Assembly (NCBI GenBank): GCA_965224595.1
Contig: OZ245058.1
Location: 346,887 to 370,886 of the forward strand
Source: Vibrionaceae bacterium
GTDB lineage: Bacteria > Pseudomonadota > Gammaproteobacteria > Enterobacterales > Vibrionaceae
Direction: 5' to 3'
Length of the DNA: 24,000 nt
The position numbers and the translations under genes were made by a program. The notes under the pieces were generated by a model. That model was not told where the DNA came from. It was given only the letters and a program-made list of their open reading frames with translations, and did no database searches. This document shows, one piece after another, positions 23,355 through 24,000 of this stretch (positions within the stretch are counted from its first letter, which is position 1; each line of letters starts with the position of its first letter).

Positions 23355-24000
23355 ATGACAAGAGAAAAATTTGAGTTTGTTTATCAACGAGCAGCAGAGA
23401 GAAAAGGCGGCGTTGAAAGCTTAGAAAGTATCATTAATAAACCGCTAACAGCGGCAAAACTGGCCTCAGTTTCCGATGATCGTTGGTTAGCCTGTTTTAC
23501 AGAGAAAGTCTTTCAGTGCGGCATCTCGTGGAGTGTAGTGAGAAAAAAATGGCCTAATTTTGAACAGCTATTTTTTGGTTTTGATATCGAGAAAATGTTG
23601 TTGATGCCCGATGCTATGTGGGAGCAGAAAGCGCAAGATCCTCAAATTATTCGCCACCTGACTAAGGTGATGACCATTCCAGCGAATGCGCGCATGATTC
23701 AGCAGGAACAAAGAGCTCATGGTTCATTTGCAACCATGGTTGCTGATTGGCCGACGGAGGATATTACCGGTTTATGGAACTATCTAAAAAAACATGGCAA
23801 GCGATTAGGGGGTAATACTGGCGCTTATAGCTTGCGGGTAATGGGGAAAGACACCTTTATTCTCTCCTCAGATGTTGAGGCGTATTTACGACAAAGTGGC
23901 ATTGTAGACAGTGGAAGAACCACCAAAAGAGCTCAATTATCGGCTCAAACTGCGTTTAATGATTGGCAACAAGAGTCAGGAAGAAGCTTAAGCGAAATCA
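23355..24000 (+). CDS. DNA-3-methyladenine glycosylase I (Tag) family protein, 3' end beyond the window
   Basis: I translated this by hand; it is absent from the ORF track because no stop codon falls in the window. It reads MTREKFEFVYQRAAERKGG...FQCGISWSVVRKKWPNFEQLFFGFD...IIRHLTKV...GKRLGGNTGAYSLRVMG. These parallel Tag AGLSWITVLKKRENYRACFHQFD, IIRH and FVGTTICYSFMQ. AGAAGG lies 8 nt upstream of the start. Confidence 0.7.
   Translation, partial: MTREKFEFVYQRAAERKGGVESLESIINKPLTAAKLASVSDDRWLACFTEKVFQCGISWSVVRKKWPNFEQLFFGFDIEKMLLMPDAMWEQKAQDPQIIRHLTKVMTIPANARMIQQEQRAHGSFATMVADWPTEDITGLWNYLKKHGKRLGGNTGAYSLRVMGKDTFILSSDVEAYLRQSGIVDSGRTTKRAQLSAQTAFNDWQQESGRSLSEI

Overview
This looks like a chromosomal segment from a Vibrionaceae-like gammaproteobacterium. 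That is inferred from protein motifs and synteny as I remember them; no database search was possible. Gene order is as follows. (1) dnaK (3' part) and dnaJ. (2) A five-gene type IV minor-pilin cluster: a pilE-like gene divergent from fimT-like, pilW-like, a 415-aa PilX/GspK-class protein and pilV-like. (3) A divergent chrA / LysR-regulator pair. (4) ebgR, then ebgA-ebgC and a GadC-family APC permease, all on the minus strand. (5) galT-galK-galM. (6) galR. (7) A ygjH-like tRNA-binding protein. (8) An aldehyde dehydrogenase plus class I amidotransferase operon. (9) Long-form dapD. (10) The SOS gene yebG, divergent from a Tag-family glycosylase gene that is cut by the window end. Coding density is high, and every gap longer than about 60 bp is accounted for by promoters, operators or terminators. 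I see no CRISPR array, IS or transposon, integrase, prophage, toxin-antitoxin pair, recognisable defence genes or RNA genes. I therefore cannot honestly point to a clear new multi-gene system. The items most worth a second look are these: the large orphan PilX/GspK-class protein that sits where PilY1 would be expected; a GRxR motif in the FimT-like pilin; a 37-bp perfect palindrome abutting a GalR-type operator upstream of ebgA; the ebgAC linkage to an amino-acid-type (APC) transporter; a LexA box shared by yebG and the Tag-like gene; and an ALDH whose general-base Glu is replaced by Asp.
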